Source of the DNA: Octopus sinensis
Lineage: Eukaryota
Assembly: GCF_006345805.1 (NCBI RefSeq)
Contig: NC_043005.1
Span: 80,848,001 to 80,912,000, forward strand
Direction of reading: 5' to 3'
DNA length: 64,000 nt
Shown here: piece by piece, positions 24,403 to 37,163 of the stretch
How positions within the stretch are numbered: position 1 is the first letter of the stretch
Layout of the letters: each line of letters opens with the position of its first letter
The notes under the pieces: generated by a model
The model's database searches: none
The model's input: the letters and a program-made list of their open reading frames with translations, nothing else
Told to the model about the DNA's origin: nothing
Translations under genes and position numbers: made by a program

Positions 24403-24497
24403 ACTGATATATATATAGGGTAGCGAATATTTTTAGAAATATCACTTCCAGTGGCCTGGCATGTATAAAAAGTCAATAGACAAAATATTCCCCATAT

Positions 24498-24942
24498 AAA
24501 ATTAGTGTACATATAAACACAAAAGAGGCGACATTTAACAGGCAGCCTTACACGTTAGAAGGAGTAGTCAAAACGACCAAATCCACATTTAAGAGCAGTT
24601 TCGAAGGGAATGAAAAATAAAAAAAATTATCTTGTCTTTTACAGCTATACCTAGATTTCAAACTCTAATTAGCAAATATAATAATTTGCTGGGCGGAGTT
24701 CTCATCAGTGGCTACGCCAAAATATTAACATATAATTTAGGGACAGAATAACACGTGTCTTATACTTATATATTATAATGTTTCAAACTCACCGCGCAAG
24801 CGCGTTTTCAGTCGGTAGCAAATGAGTAAATACCAAATTAATCTTCTGAAATTGCTAAAATCATATTCGTAAAATGCTCCTTCTATCGTGTAAGGCTGCC
24901 TGTCAAAGGTCGCCGCTTTGGTTTTTATATGTACACTAATTT
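24498..24942 (-). mobile_element. 445-bp element with ~75-bp imperfect inverted termini and a central HHR
   Basis: 24498-24570 pairs with 24873-24942; HHR on the minus strand at 24642-24714. Confidence 0.8.
24642..24714 (-). ncRNA. Type I hammerhead ribozyme with extended stem II
   Basis: UAGCCA-CUGAUGA-GAACUC..AGCAAAU/AUUUGCU..GAGUUU-GAAA-U-CUAG-G-UA-UAGCUG; stem I 6 bp with one mismatch. Confidence 0.78.
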
Positions 24943-25589
24943 GATATATATATATATACACGCACACTCACAAACACAGACACAAGTTTTATACCACATC
25001 CAATCAAATATTTTATCTTTGTTAGCAATATGTAACTTCTTGCGCAATCCTCTACATCAGAGATAGATTTAATGAGCTACTTTTGTGTCAATCAGCCATT
25101 CTGTAATTTTGGAGAAAGATAAACTGTTAGTGGTCGCTCATGACCATCCTGTTGCTACAGCGCAGCTGATTGCGATGACATAAACCGAGAAAAAGAGGAG
25201 CGAATATGGGGCGAAGGTGAAAATGAGAAATTACGATCGTTCTTATTACTTGACTTTCTCTTCTTCTAATAAGTCTGGATCAGAAGAGACAAAAGGCATA
25301 TCGGTGTCCTTAGACAACCGGAACAACTGCTGCAAGGCATTCGAAGCTCGCTGCAAATTCAACTGTCAGTTATAAGGTTAAACTTCTTGACAATGTGCTC
25401 AGTGCATTGTTCTACAGAAACATAAGCCTACTTATATTCATTGTGATTCAACATGAGATACTTAGCATTTGACGCTTCTGGGCTACCGTAATTCTTGCCG
25501 CTTCCGCACTACCGAAATATTAACCTATCTCTTTCTCTGTCTGTCTGACTGTCTCCCTCTATATATAATATATATATATATATATAGAT

Positions 25590-25634
<45 letters not shown>

Positions 25635-25649
25635 TAGATCTATATATCT

Positions 25650-25682
<33 letters not shown>

Positions 25683-25699
25683 TATTATCTATCTATATC

Positions 25700-25732
<33 letters not shown>

Positions 25733-26945
25733 GCAATCTATCTAGCAATCTATGTTCATGTGTGTGTTTGTGAGTGTGCGTGTGTGTGAGTATGTGTGCA
25801 TTTGTGTCTGTGTGTGCGTGCATGTGTGTATATAAATGTATGGGTGTGTGAATGTATGTGCGTTTGTGTGTGTGCGTTTGTGCGTGTGTGCGTGTGTGTG
25901 TGTATGTTCGGGAGATTACTTTATATTTGTCATATAGAAAACACCGATTCTCGAAAGAGAACCACTATGTTGTATATGACATGGCCGCGAGCAGAGTTTT
26001 AACATATATGAATTATGACAGCAATAACCCATCCTTAAAAGCATATTAGTTTGCATTTTAAAACTTTTGCAGAAAGGTCTGATAAGTATGTTTTAAACAA
26101 CCTCCTTCGCAACCAAATCACTGTTCGCTGCTATAAAGTGATTGATTTGAAAGGAAAGATTATTATACAGAGTGTGTACAAAAAAACATGTAAGTACGTG
26201 CGTGGCTATAAACATCAGAGAGTAGCTATATGTACGAAAATGTGCATTTATGCGTGTGATAATTACTTAAGCATGAGAACATGGAAAAAATTATTCTGTG
26301 CGTGTGTGAATTTGTAGTCGTGTGTACTGAGGTATGTGTTTGTATAGGAGAAATTTATATGGAAATATGTAAACGAGTATGTGGAGTATCGAAGCGTATG
26401 TACGTATGCAAAATGGAGGTCTTTTGATGTATGTAGATACAGTGTTCACACCTGCATAAGCTTGAAGGAATATTTAAATGATGGCAGCATGCAGATTTCG
26501 AATTATACGAAGGCATTTATGTATATTCATGAATATGCTCATACCTTACTCATATAGACTATATGAGTATATTTATATTTGAAATGCGCCTCCAGATTCT
26601 GCATGTAACACTTTCTGAATATTATTTAATATAAAATAAATGATAATACTTCAAATTTTACGCCCGATCGATAGAATGTATAGTTACAAATATGTAAAAT
26701 GGTGGAAAATCAACGACAGCGACACTTAATTGAGTAATTGAGTGATACTCAGGAGGGATACTCAGTCTGTCATTCTGTAAAGAGAACAACCAACGCAATA
26801 TTAGGTAGTTAAGTGATAGTGAGTACTCCGCAAATCCAATGTATGTTGTAGCAACGCTGCTACATACATAAAAACGTAATGTACCTGAAGAGAATCGTAT
26901 ATGAAACCTGACTAACACGTTATGATACATGTACTGTATCATATA

Positions 26946-27169
26946 TAGCAATCCCTCGCCATACCACGGTTCACCTATCGCGGTTTATTATTTAAGCTTA
27001 CGCCGATACCTCCGTGGTTTTGTTTTGCATTTATAATAAAATAAATATATACAAATTATTTTTAAAAATTTACAGTACAGTACTGTTTCTACTGCGTGTA
27101 TTTCACCTATCGCGGTGTATGTGTGTGTGTCTGGAACGTAACAACCGCGATAGTCGAAGGATTACTGTA
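26946..27169 (+). mobile_element. Tigger/pogo-like MITE
   Basis: CAG(C/T)AATCCCTCG-type TIRs with TA flanks; second copy inverted at 40760-40988. Confidence 0.75.
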
Positions 27170-27465
27170 ATATATAAATCATGTAAATATATTTCAAATC
27201 TTATAAGTATATATTTTAAGGGTGTGGTTAATGGCTTTCTCAGATATCGAGGTATTTTATTGTTTAAAGTAGTTTGTGAACCATCTTTTGTACCCATGGT
27301 TCCTATCTTACTCGGGCGGATCTTTATAACCATTCCATTAAAAATATACAATAGTTTTAAATATATCATTATATTTGCTTATAATTAAATATTTGTAGTG
27401 GTTGTATGAAAAAAAATTAATAACTGCTGGTTTAAATTCGTGTTCAGTGACCGTGCTGATGTCTT

Positions 27466-27687
27466 CACGAAGAAAACATGCTGAAAAGTTCCTGGTTTGA
27501 ACGTTGTCGCGAATGGCCTGGTTAGAGGACCAACCTTCAGATTTCTCTTACAAGGCATAGAAAAACTGAAGGACTGTTTAATAAGCGTACGAATCTAAGA
27601 GAGGAATATGTTGAAAAAAATTATAATTAACTGAGCCTCCAGCATTTTCTTTTACCCAAAGCCAGAAACTATTCGGCACTCACTATG
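27466..27687 (+). mobile_element. Non-autonomous mariner derivative (MITE)
   Basis: Same family as 9093 and 45156. Confidence 0.7.
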
Positions 27688-28738
27688 TTAGTGCTAATAT
27701 TTCTCCTTGTTACCTAGTATGTTAATTTGTTCATAATAGTAAACTCATTTGGAGAGACATAGTACTAATCGGAGACGAGGTTGGTGTAGTTTGTTCAAAA
27801 TACATTAAAGAATGAAGTGAAACAATTTTAAGCAGTCTAAGTACTGTTTAAAAGTCGTTCAAGAAACATAGCTTGATGTGTGGTTGTAGCGACCGTCAAT
27901 GAAATTGAACTAAAAACTACGTTTATACGAAGCGAATTTCTGTACTACAGATGCATCCACGTAACCAATCATAATGCTGTAATTTATATTCGAGTTGAGT
28001 GTTTTCATAATTACTTTATGTCAACTCTACCTTTGACGTAAATACAATATATTTATGTTGTATGAATTTGGAAAAGTAATAATAAAAAATAAAATTGTTA
28101 ATGTTTGGAAAACTTGTTTCATTGGATCTTCTCAACCACTCACTCTCGCCCGCTCTCAGATACTTTAGTCAATATGCTTCATAACAGTTTCAAGTTTATC
28201 ACGGAAGACTACACGACATAATTTCAAATCTTATCTTCTAAGAGCTGTCATCAGCGTTATCGGTTAAAATGTATCTGTACATTTTCAACAATATTACAAC
28301 AGCTGACAATGAAAAATAGCTTAACTCTTCACTGATATAAGTTACAATCACATAACAATTGCCATATAACATTTTTAGATTGATAAAGGCGTTTCTAATC
28401 GTTACCACTAGAATTCTAACCTTAGCAGTTATTCGTGTTTGAATAACATGCTGTATACAATCGATTCTGTGTGACATAACAGATCACTATCAATATATTT
28501 TATATATTATTGAGATAATTTGCTTCTCCTTTCACATACTGTCACATACATTTCACTCTTCAACTCACCTAGCTTGAATACCAATATTATCTCCTAATAT
28601 ATACAGGAATATTGTTGTATATCCACATACGCATATGGTGTTACATAGGTACGTACGTTCATTCAGACATTCATACGTACATACACACATACATATATGC
28701 ACACATACATAGATACATATATACCTGTATATATATAT

Positions 28739-28769
<31 letters not shown>

Positions 28770-28782
28770 GCATGTATGTATG

Positions 28783-28816
<34 letters not shown>

Positions 28817-29191
28817 TGTATGTATGTATGTATGTATGTATGTATGTATGTATGTATGTATGTATGTATGTATGTATGTGTGTATCTATGTATGTGTACG
28901 TATGTAATCACACACACATTTCTGATGTTTGTTTATATATCAAGTTAGGAATCTTGACAGTAAACTAAAGAATTAATGCATGTTTCTGTTCCCGTGTACA
29001 CATAGACGAATACATATTTACTTTCGTGCATACATAAATACATACGCACATGTATACATACGTGATTACATAGGTATACATATATACATACACATGCGCA
29101 CAAACACATACACATACACACACTGACACATACACAAACACACTGACACATACACAAACACTAACACACATATATATATATGGAGACACAA

Positions 29192-29310
29192 AGGCCCAGT
29201 GATCAGGCTAGCGAACTCGCGGTTTCGATTCCCAGACGGGGAGTTGTGAGTGGTTATTAAGCAAATACAACTAAAGCTCTACGAGGCTCACGAAGAGATG
29301 ACAGACTAAG
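29192..29310 (+). mobile_element. SINE family C head fragment
   Basis: GGCCCAGTG..GTTTCGATTCCCAGAC matches the full copy at 56300-56677. Confidence 0.7.
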
Positions 29311-29382
29311 TGCTTTCAGAAAATTTTGAACACCCCATATGACTGAAGGTGAACTAACTGAATACAATAAGTAAGAACTGAA

Positions 29383-29832
29383 AGGCGGCGAGCTGGCAGA
29401 ACTGTTAGCACGCCGGGCGAAATCCCTAGCGGTATTCCGTCTCTCTTTACGTTCTGAGTTCAAATTCCACCGAGGTCGACTTTGCCTTTCATTCTTTCGG
29501 GGTCGATTAAATAAGTACCAGTTACGCACTGGGTTCGATATAATCGACTCAATCCGTTTGTCTGTCCTTGTTTGAACGCGTGTGTATATGAGTGTATTTA
29601 TGTATATCTGTGTGTGTAGTATTTTGTGTGCTAAACACAGAGAGGACAAACAAGGACAAAGAGATTAAGTCGATTACATCGACCCCAGTGCGTAACTGGT
29701 AATTAATTTATCGACCCCGAAGGATGAAAGGCAAAGTCGACCTCGGCGGAATTTGGACTCAGAAGGTAACGGCAGACGAAATACTGCTAAGCATTTCGGT
29801 CGGCGCTCTAACGTTTCTGCCATCTCGCCGCC
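29383..29832. mobile_element. Tail-to-tail pair of SINE A copies (29383-29574 plus, 29630-29832 minus)
   Basis: Both match the family A consensus seen in this window. Confidence 0.88.
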
Positions 29833-30801
29833 ATGAATATACAATATATTTGTTTGTATGTGTGTGTATGTAAGAGTATTTATGTGTATTTGTGTGTATA
29901 GTATTTTGTGTCGTATGTGTGTGTAGTATTTTATAGAAATTATATTCAATATCGAGTGTAAAACACTGAAGATCCATCTAGGAATGAAAAATATAAAAAA
30001 AAACTTTCGTGTACGTAATCAGGAACTGCTGGCGACATGAATGTTTCTGAAACAAGTCTTTAAAAAAGTTTTTTACGTTGTATTATATCTCTTCTTATGC
30101 GGAAAAAGAAGTGAACAATATGAATTTTATGAATATTTAAGCTGAAAATCAGGAGATTTGTATCTATAGAAGTAAATAAATTGAGGAATGATTGGTTGTC
30201 TAAAGGATGGAATCGATCCCAAACCTGCCTCGGCAAACAGCATCACATATAATGTTAGAAAATAATATTTTTGCGGATATCCAGCCTGCTTAAGAGACAC
30301 AGTGGTTCCCATAAGCTGAATTACGGCGCACTTGTGTACCGAAAAAATATAGACAAGTACACAACTTAAATAATTGAATTATTTGTACAAATGTGAAAAA
30401 TAGCAACCAAAATTCGACTTATTAGATTGTTATCGATTATGGAATAAGGAAATATGTACTTAATAATTTATATAGTAGAAGTTGTCTATATTTATAAGTT
30501 AACATATATAAATGACCTTTTTCGATATATTTGCTGTTGTGGTGCCAAAGTATATTTTATTTGCACCCAAATGGGGCGAGTGAAAAAGAAAAAAAAAAGA
30601 AACAAAGAAAGGAGAAAAATAATTTGGGAAACCCTGGATAGAAAAATATGTTATTCGCTAGCTGGAGAATGTCATTTAGTAGAATGGACAAACGCCAAAG
30701 ACCTCCTCAGCATCTGGTATATATACGTAGAGAAACATTTTGACGGTTGGTGAACATGATTAAGTATCAATTTTTATTCTAATATTTACACACAGGCACA
30801 C

Positions 30802-30871
<70 letters not shown>

Positions 30872-31047
30872 TGTGTGTGAGCATCATTAAATGACTATGA
30901 ATATATATATATATGCGCGCTAGTGTTAATGTTTCAATGCCGCAATAAAAAAACTTTGCACTAGAGGAAGCGGCAATCTCAGAGTTAGGTGCAGTGCGTG
31001 AACCGTGGATTGATATGAGTAACGATGCGTTGTTTCGCGTGCATATA

Positions 31048-31470
31048 ACCAAGATGGAGTCAATATACAAGCGAATGACCGGATCGATTCTGAGAACTTT
31101 CAGAACAAGGAACTAGCACTGGTTCTTTGGAGGACATTCGTACTCAGCCGTCTAGACTACTGCTCTCAACTGAGGACGTTCAGCGGTAGCACAAGGAAGA
31201 TCTCATCAATGGAACAGTTGAGCAATTGGGAGAGTGAATACCATTTGCTGTAGTAGTTTGAGATTCAAAGGCCCACAGCTACGCCTTGCCAAAAGATCTG
31301 AAGGATCCTCAAGGCGAAAGGGTAGGTCATAGATGAGATGAACCTATATCACGTCAAGAAACTCAAAGTTTGACACTGGTACCCACCTTCTCCAAAATCT
31401 AATCGCATTAGAATGGCTATTGAAATGGTAATTACACAGACGGTGTTCCAGCGTGGCCGCGGCTTTTTAG
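31048..31470 (+). mobile_element. Decayed CR1/L2-group LINE 3' fragment
   Basis: KRMTGSILRTF..LVLWRTFVLSRLDYCSQL motif; terminal CGGTGTTCCAGCGTGGCCGC tail. Confidence 0.7.
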
Positions 31471-31566
31471 ATGCAACTTATATAGGAACAAAAGAATAAA
31501 CATACATATATATACACGTGTGTGTGTGAACTTTAGGCTATTTAAGATATTTTTATCTCTTTCCCC

Positions 31567-32505
31567 AACTGCCGATATTACTCACAAACAAATCCTCATT
31601 GGATGGAGGCAGATAATCAACAAGGTAGGGGAAACGTAATGGTGTGGTGTGGGATTTGGCACAATCAAGTAACTGGTCCATTTAATTTTGTAGGCTCTGT
31701 GACATGTGATTCGTATCTGTACATACTGCGCAACAAGATGATGCCTCACCTGCATTCACTTGCAAGGGGAAATCTGAGGGATCCTCATGGCAAAAGGGTA
31801 GATGTTTTCAAGAAACAATTTGATCTCCTGCTATCCAAGGTTCCAGGTGAGATGAATCTATGTCACGTCAAGGAACTCAAAGTTTGGTAATGGTACTCTC
31901 CTTCACCAAAACCTAATCGCATTAGGTTTCAGCAGGATGGGGCTCCGCCGCACTATGCATTACAGGTTCGTGATTTTCTGAATTAGCGTTTTCCATGGAG
32001 ATGGCTCGCACGTCGCGGGCCAATTGAATGGGCAGCACGGCCAGCAGATTTAACTCACGTGGATGTTTTTGTTCTGGGGCCATATTAAATCCCTTGTGTA
32101 TCCTGAAAAGATTCTTGACCAAGAACATCTTCTTCATAGAATTGTTGAAGCGTGTGAACAAGTCACCGCCAATGAAGAGCTATTTGAGAGAGCTCAACGC
32201 AAGTTCAAATTCCATATAAACACTTGTTTAGATCTACATGGCGAACACTATGAATATTTGTAATGGATTACCTACTTCCCTGCTAATAATGCAAGTCCAA
32301 AAAGCGTCGCAGTTCGAGCCAGTCTTAACTTATGAGGCAACGGAAATTACCGAAACTGACCTCTGTATTAGGACCTTACGATTAGCATTTTTCGGACGAT
32401 TAAGGTCTCTCCTAGGATATATATTTAAATTCATCTGCGTTGACTACAACATTAGAGCATTTTAGCACTTATTTCTAGCAATGTAACTGTTTTTAACACC
32501 CTAGT
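31567..32505 (+). mobile_element. Decayed Tc1/mariner transposon, DD41D (rosa-like), interrupted by a LINE fragment
   Basis: NCRYYSQTNPH, VMVWCGI, FQQDGAPPH...WAARPADLTHVD with 41 residues between the last two D; then (F)LWGHIKSLVY..GEHYEYL*. Confidence 0.85.
31765..31925 (+). mobile_element. CR1-type LINE 3' fragment nested in the DD41D transposase
   Basis: LRDPHGKRVDVFKKQFDLLLSKVPGE; paralogous to 31295-31410. Confidence 0.7.
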
Positions 32506-32570
32506 CACATTTAATGACAATCATAATTCTCCTTTTTCGGTGAAACATTGCAAACTGCAGTTTCCATTAA

Positions 32571-32639
<69 letters not shown>

Positions 32640-33112
32640 TATATATATATTGTGTGTGTATGTGTGCGTGCGTGTGTCTGTGTATGTATGTCACAATCCT
32701 CCAGTCCCTGAGCTTCGTGAAAAAATTATGATATGTGTTAGTTATTTCGCGTTAACAAGAATAATTTCGAAGTTAAATTTTGAACAATACTAACCTGTTA
32801 ATATTAGAATTCCGTACACAAACTGCATTTTTGTAGAGTGTGACATGTACAATCACTACCAATCTTTCAACAAAACCTACCTCCATATCCACACTTTTGA
32901 AGGAATATCAGACAAAAGTTGTTTTACCGTAAAAAATCCCTAGTGTCGTTCAAGAGAATATTTTGGATTTAAATGAATAGAAACGCAACCCCTTGCTGTA
33001 AGTCTGTTCTTGAATGGCCCTATTAAACTAACATTTCTGTGTATTATTTTTGCACTAATTAAAGAATAATGAGTGGAGGTATAAATTCCCTTTAATATCT
33101 ATAATGATTGAA

Positions 33113-33395
33113 ACGACGAGCTGCCAGAATCTTTAGCACGCCGGGCACGCTGCTTAGTTGCATTTTATCCGTTCTGAATTCAAATTTTGCCGCGGGCGGT
33201 CGACTTTGACACTCATCAATTCATCTTTGATAAAACTATGAACCAGCGGATCACTGGGGTGGATATTATTGACTTACCTCCTCGCCCGACATTCCTTAAT
33301 ATTGATTTTTACATATTGGTACAAGACCAACAATTTCGGGCAGGGGGTAAGTCGATGACATGAACTCCAAACTTCATCTGGTACTTATATTATCG
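33113..33395. mobile_element. Degraded SINE A / A-variant pieces
   Basis: Diverged GACGAGCTGCCAGAA head followed by an inverted tail piece. Confidence 0.65.
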
Positions 33396-33779
33396 AATGG
33401 GCCAGAACTCAAAATGCTTTAAGTTTGTTAGAACTTCCTTCATCACAAACATAAATTTATTCCAGTCTCTTACTTGTGAATGATGCAAAGCAATCAGAGT
33501 TGGTGTATCTGCGTCGTGTGTTTGAATAGTAACAATTGTTTTTAGACTGCAGTAGTCACAATAATTTGTTTAAATAGTAAAGCATTCATAAGTACTAATT
33601 TAATAGTTTAAGTCGTCCACACCTGCTTTTGTGTAAACGTCAAAGCGGTTTCCTGTTACTTATACGATATACGACTCGAGATCTGTGGGTGGTTCTCATC
33701 ACTCTTTCAGTTCGTACTTGTAAAGTTGTAAAGACATTGTTAACGTGTTTATATCCATATATGTACGTGGGCACGTAAT

Positions 33780-33916
33780 TACATGTGAGTGTGTGTGTGT
33801 GTCTGTGTGTGTGTGCGTATGCAAGTAAATATATATACATGCATATACATACATATATATATATATATCTTTAAATGTAATATAAATAATATATATATTC
33901 ATTATGTTTTGTATAA

Positions 33917-33949
<33 letters not shown>

Positions 33950-33982
33950 TATATATATATATAATATATATATATATATATA

Positions 33983-34019
<37 letters not shown>

Positions 34020-34046
34020 TAATATATATATATGTATATATGTATG

Positions 34047-34108
<62 letters not shown>

Positions 34109-34320
34109 AATTGTAAATATATATGTTTGGTATATATGGATACATAGGAGTATACAATATATAAACATTTATTCCTTATATATATATCATACATACACAC
34201 ACACACACACACATACATATGTATAAAAGTTCGTGCGTGCAATGTCTGTGCGTGGGTGTGTGTGTGTGCGTGTGGTGTATGCGTGTGCGCATGTATCAGT
34301 GTGTGTTATTGTTGTGCATA
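33780..34320. repeat. Compound (TG)/(TA)/(CA) microsatellite
   Basis: Visible runs. Confidence 0.95.
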
Positions 34321-34574
34321 GACATTACTTTCTTTTGAATAGATGAATTTTGTCGGCTTCCCAGAAACACTGACCCTAGCGGTCAGAAGTAAGGATTTTG
34401 CTATGTATCCGCATCATTTGATACTCAATGGTTTCTTTAGCGACATTCTTTGGTTTTGTATATTTTTAAATGTTGAAATTCTAAATGTTTATTTTTATTA
34501 TTTATTATATGTAAATCACTTTTCCTGATAACATGCCGCACATTAGACAAATTTCAATTTTTATTTTCGACACA

Positions 34575-34760
34575 TGAAGATGCGTGGCCTAGTTGCCAGT
34601 GTGTTTCACTCACGATCAAATGACTGTGGGTTCGATTTCCTGTCCGAGCGTGGAGGCTTGGAGCAAAACACATCATTTCACGTTGCCCCTGTCCACTTTT
34701 TGGAGCGGGGAAGGGGAACTAAAACAATGCAACGTGCATCACGACCAGCGAAGTGTAAGG
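34575..34760 (+). mobile_element. tRNA-derived SINE family D, degraded
   Basis: A-box-like TGGCCTAGTTG and B-box-like GGTTCGATTTCC; related copies near 45587, 53800, 60175 and 62800. Confidence 0.6.
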
Positions 34761-35211
34761 CCATGTGATAGTGTGGTCGATCACATGACCATGTAATTAT
34801 CATCACATGCATATTCAGCTTTTATGTTAAAAAAAATTCTCAAAGAATACGATTAGTATTGAATTTTTTAATTCAATTTTGCAGTATTGTTTCATTAAGT
34901 ATAAATATAGACATGACTCAGGCGTATTAAACTGATTCAGCTCAATACTTACATCAAATAAACATTTGTTTTAACTATACATAACCTCTTATTCATTGAG
35001 CAAGTAGTTTCGTTGGTAAATCAGATGAAATATGTCTCGTCGATAGAGAGAAGTTTCAGATATTAATTTTAAGCACAAGGCAGTTAATAGTGGGCTGTGA
35101 GCTATTAGCTCGGTGTCTGTAACTAATGAAATGTAACAAAGAAAAAAAGCAAAAGAGCATGGGTCATACGAAGCGATAACATCATCCATGGCTCAGTGGT
35201 ATTCTTTTCTC

Positions 35212-35490
35212 AAGGCGGCGAGCTGGCAGAAAGGCGGCGAGCTGGCAGATAAGGCGGCGAGCTGGTAGAAAAGTTAGCACGCCGGGCGAAATGCGTAGCC
35301 GTATTTCGTCTGCCGTTACACTCTGAGTTCAAATTCCGCCGAGGTCGACTTTGCCTTTCATCCTTTCGGGGTCGATAAATTAAGTGCCAGTTACGCACTG
35401 GGGTCGATGTAATCGACTTAATACCTATGTCTGTCCTTGTTTGTCCCCTCTGTGTTTAGCCCCTTGTGGGTAGTAAAGAAATAGGTATTC
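35212..35490 (+). mobile_element. Full SINE A with triplicated 5' end
   Basis: AAGGCGGCGAGCTGG(C/T)AGA occurs three times in tandem, followed by the full body. Confidence 0.9.
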
Positions 35491-36720
35491 TTTTCCCAAT
35501 AATTGACTCTTGGGAGAATTTCTATCCAGCGACAGCTTTCGCAGTGGATATCTTTTCATTTGAAGGTGTACACGAACGTATTAAATATATTTGTAAATAC
35601 CTGTATTTCTATGATACTTTCTAAGTATTCCTGTAATTAATTAATTTCTTCTCGAAAAGCTGTTCACGCAGCAATAAATGATTTATCTATTAGATATAGA
35701 GACGGCAGTCTTTAGTGAGCTGTGAAAGACAGTTTCGGTTTCCCAGCTGATGAAGCGTAATGACGCAGAAAAATTGCCTTACGGTCCCATGACATAAAGT
35801 TTTGCCCATTGTTAGTCATGTATTGTCTGGAAGCAAAATTTCTCTCCATAGATGGGTTCTCGCAGACGAGGTCTTTCCATATTAGAGTGTACACAACCAT
35901 ATCGGATATAATTGTACACGCCTATATTACAAACATTGCTACTATGGGTGCCTCTAATTGAATTTCCTTTATATTTCCATATATGGTTTATAAGGAAAAG
36001 CGAGGATAAGTGGCCTAGTTCACCATGTAGGCATCGAGGAAGAGGTGATGTGTAACATAACCTTGTATAGCTTCATACATGTTTATGCAGCTGTGGTATG
36101 TAAGCTGTGAGAGAGTGTGGCGTAAGAACGTTTTCTGAAAATAAAATGGCAAACATTGTTATAAAACATATTATTTTCCATATCCCTCAGATTTACGATA
36201 AGGACAACTGCTTGTGAAATACAAAGGCATACATGCTTACCATCTTTCACTAAGCTGGAAGTTAATTTGATCGAGAAGCAAAAAATATCATGGTCGAAAC
36301 CCATAAAGACATAGTCACATTTTTACATGATTTATGTATATAAATTAGCGTTGTTTTATTGTCAGACAAAAACTATGCGGTTACAATTTGTATAATGTCT
36401 CAGATATGTCATTTTCTTTTCTGTGGTTCCTTTTTAAAAATATTTCTGTAATTTTATATACATAATGTTTTTTTTACTGCTAAAAGAAATCACGTCCTCG
36501 AACTGAATATTCTAAAAAATAATGTTTTGTTTTTCACTGTTTAAAATATTGAACGGAAAATATTTCATTGGAAACAATACTGAAAAAAAAAACTGGAAAG
36601 AAAAATAACAATCAAATGATAACAACACAAAAAACCAAAATCAAACATTTGAAAATACAAACAAGAAGAGCAGCAGCACATCTGACATTGTTCATCTGTC
36701 TTTGACATCAAACAACAGAG

Positions 36721-36760
36721 AACTGACTGGTTCGTGCTATCGATTCTTTTTATATTGGCT
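36721..36760 (-). promoter_or_regulatory. Candidate Pol II core promoter (TATA + Inr), predicted TSS 36724
   Basis: TATAAAAAG starts at 36754, exactly 30 nt upstream of the A of TCAGTT; lies in non-repetitive sequence. Confidence 0.5.
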
Positions 36761-36946
36761 TCGGTCCAAATTGGATGTTAAATTTTTGACTTGGTTTAAT
36801 TGAACCAACTTGCTATTATTTCAACCGGATTCTTGAATTAAAAAAAATAAATAATACGGCACAAACAAACAGAAAGAAAATCAAATAACATATACACAGT
36901 CAAAGTAACAATATAAAATATATGCACAAATATGTATATATATATA

Positions 36947-36977
<31 letters not shown>

Positions 36978-37115
36978 CGTGTATCGATCGCACTCTCTCT
37001 CTCTCTCACCAAATACATATATATAGATACACATACCCAAATATATATATATAAATATATATATATATTTGGGTATGTGTATATGAATATAAGTGTTGTT
37101 TGTGTATGTGTGTGT

Positions 37116-37163
<48 letters not shown>

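Noticed and set aside
25250-25350. Minus-strand exon candidate RASNALQQLFRLSKDTDMPFVSSDPDLLEEEK
   Set aside because: Weak splice sites, phase incompatible with the other candidates, and no recognisable homology.
35744-35778. HHR-like CUGAUGA-A-GCGU/ACGC-A-GAAA
   Set aside because: There is no UH cleavage site followed by a strand complementary to stem I; probably chance.
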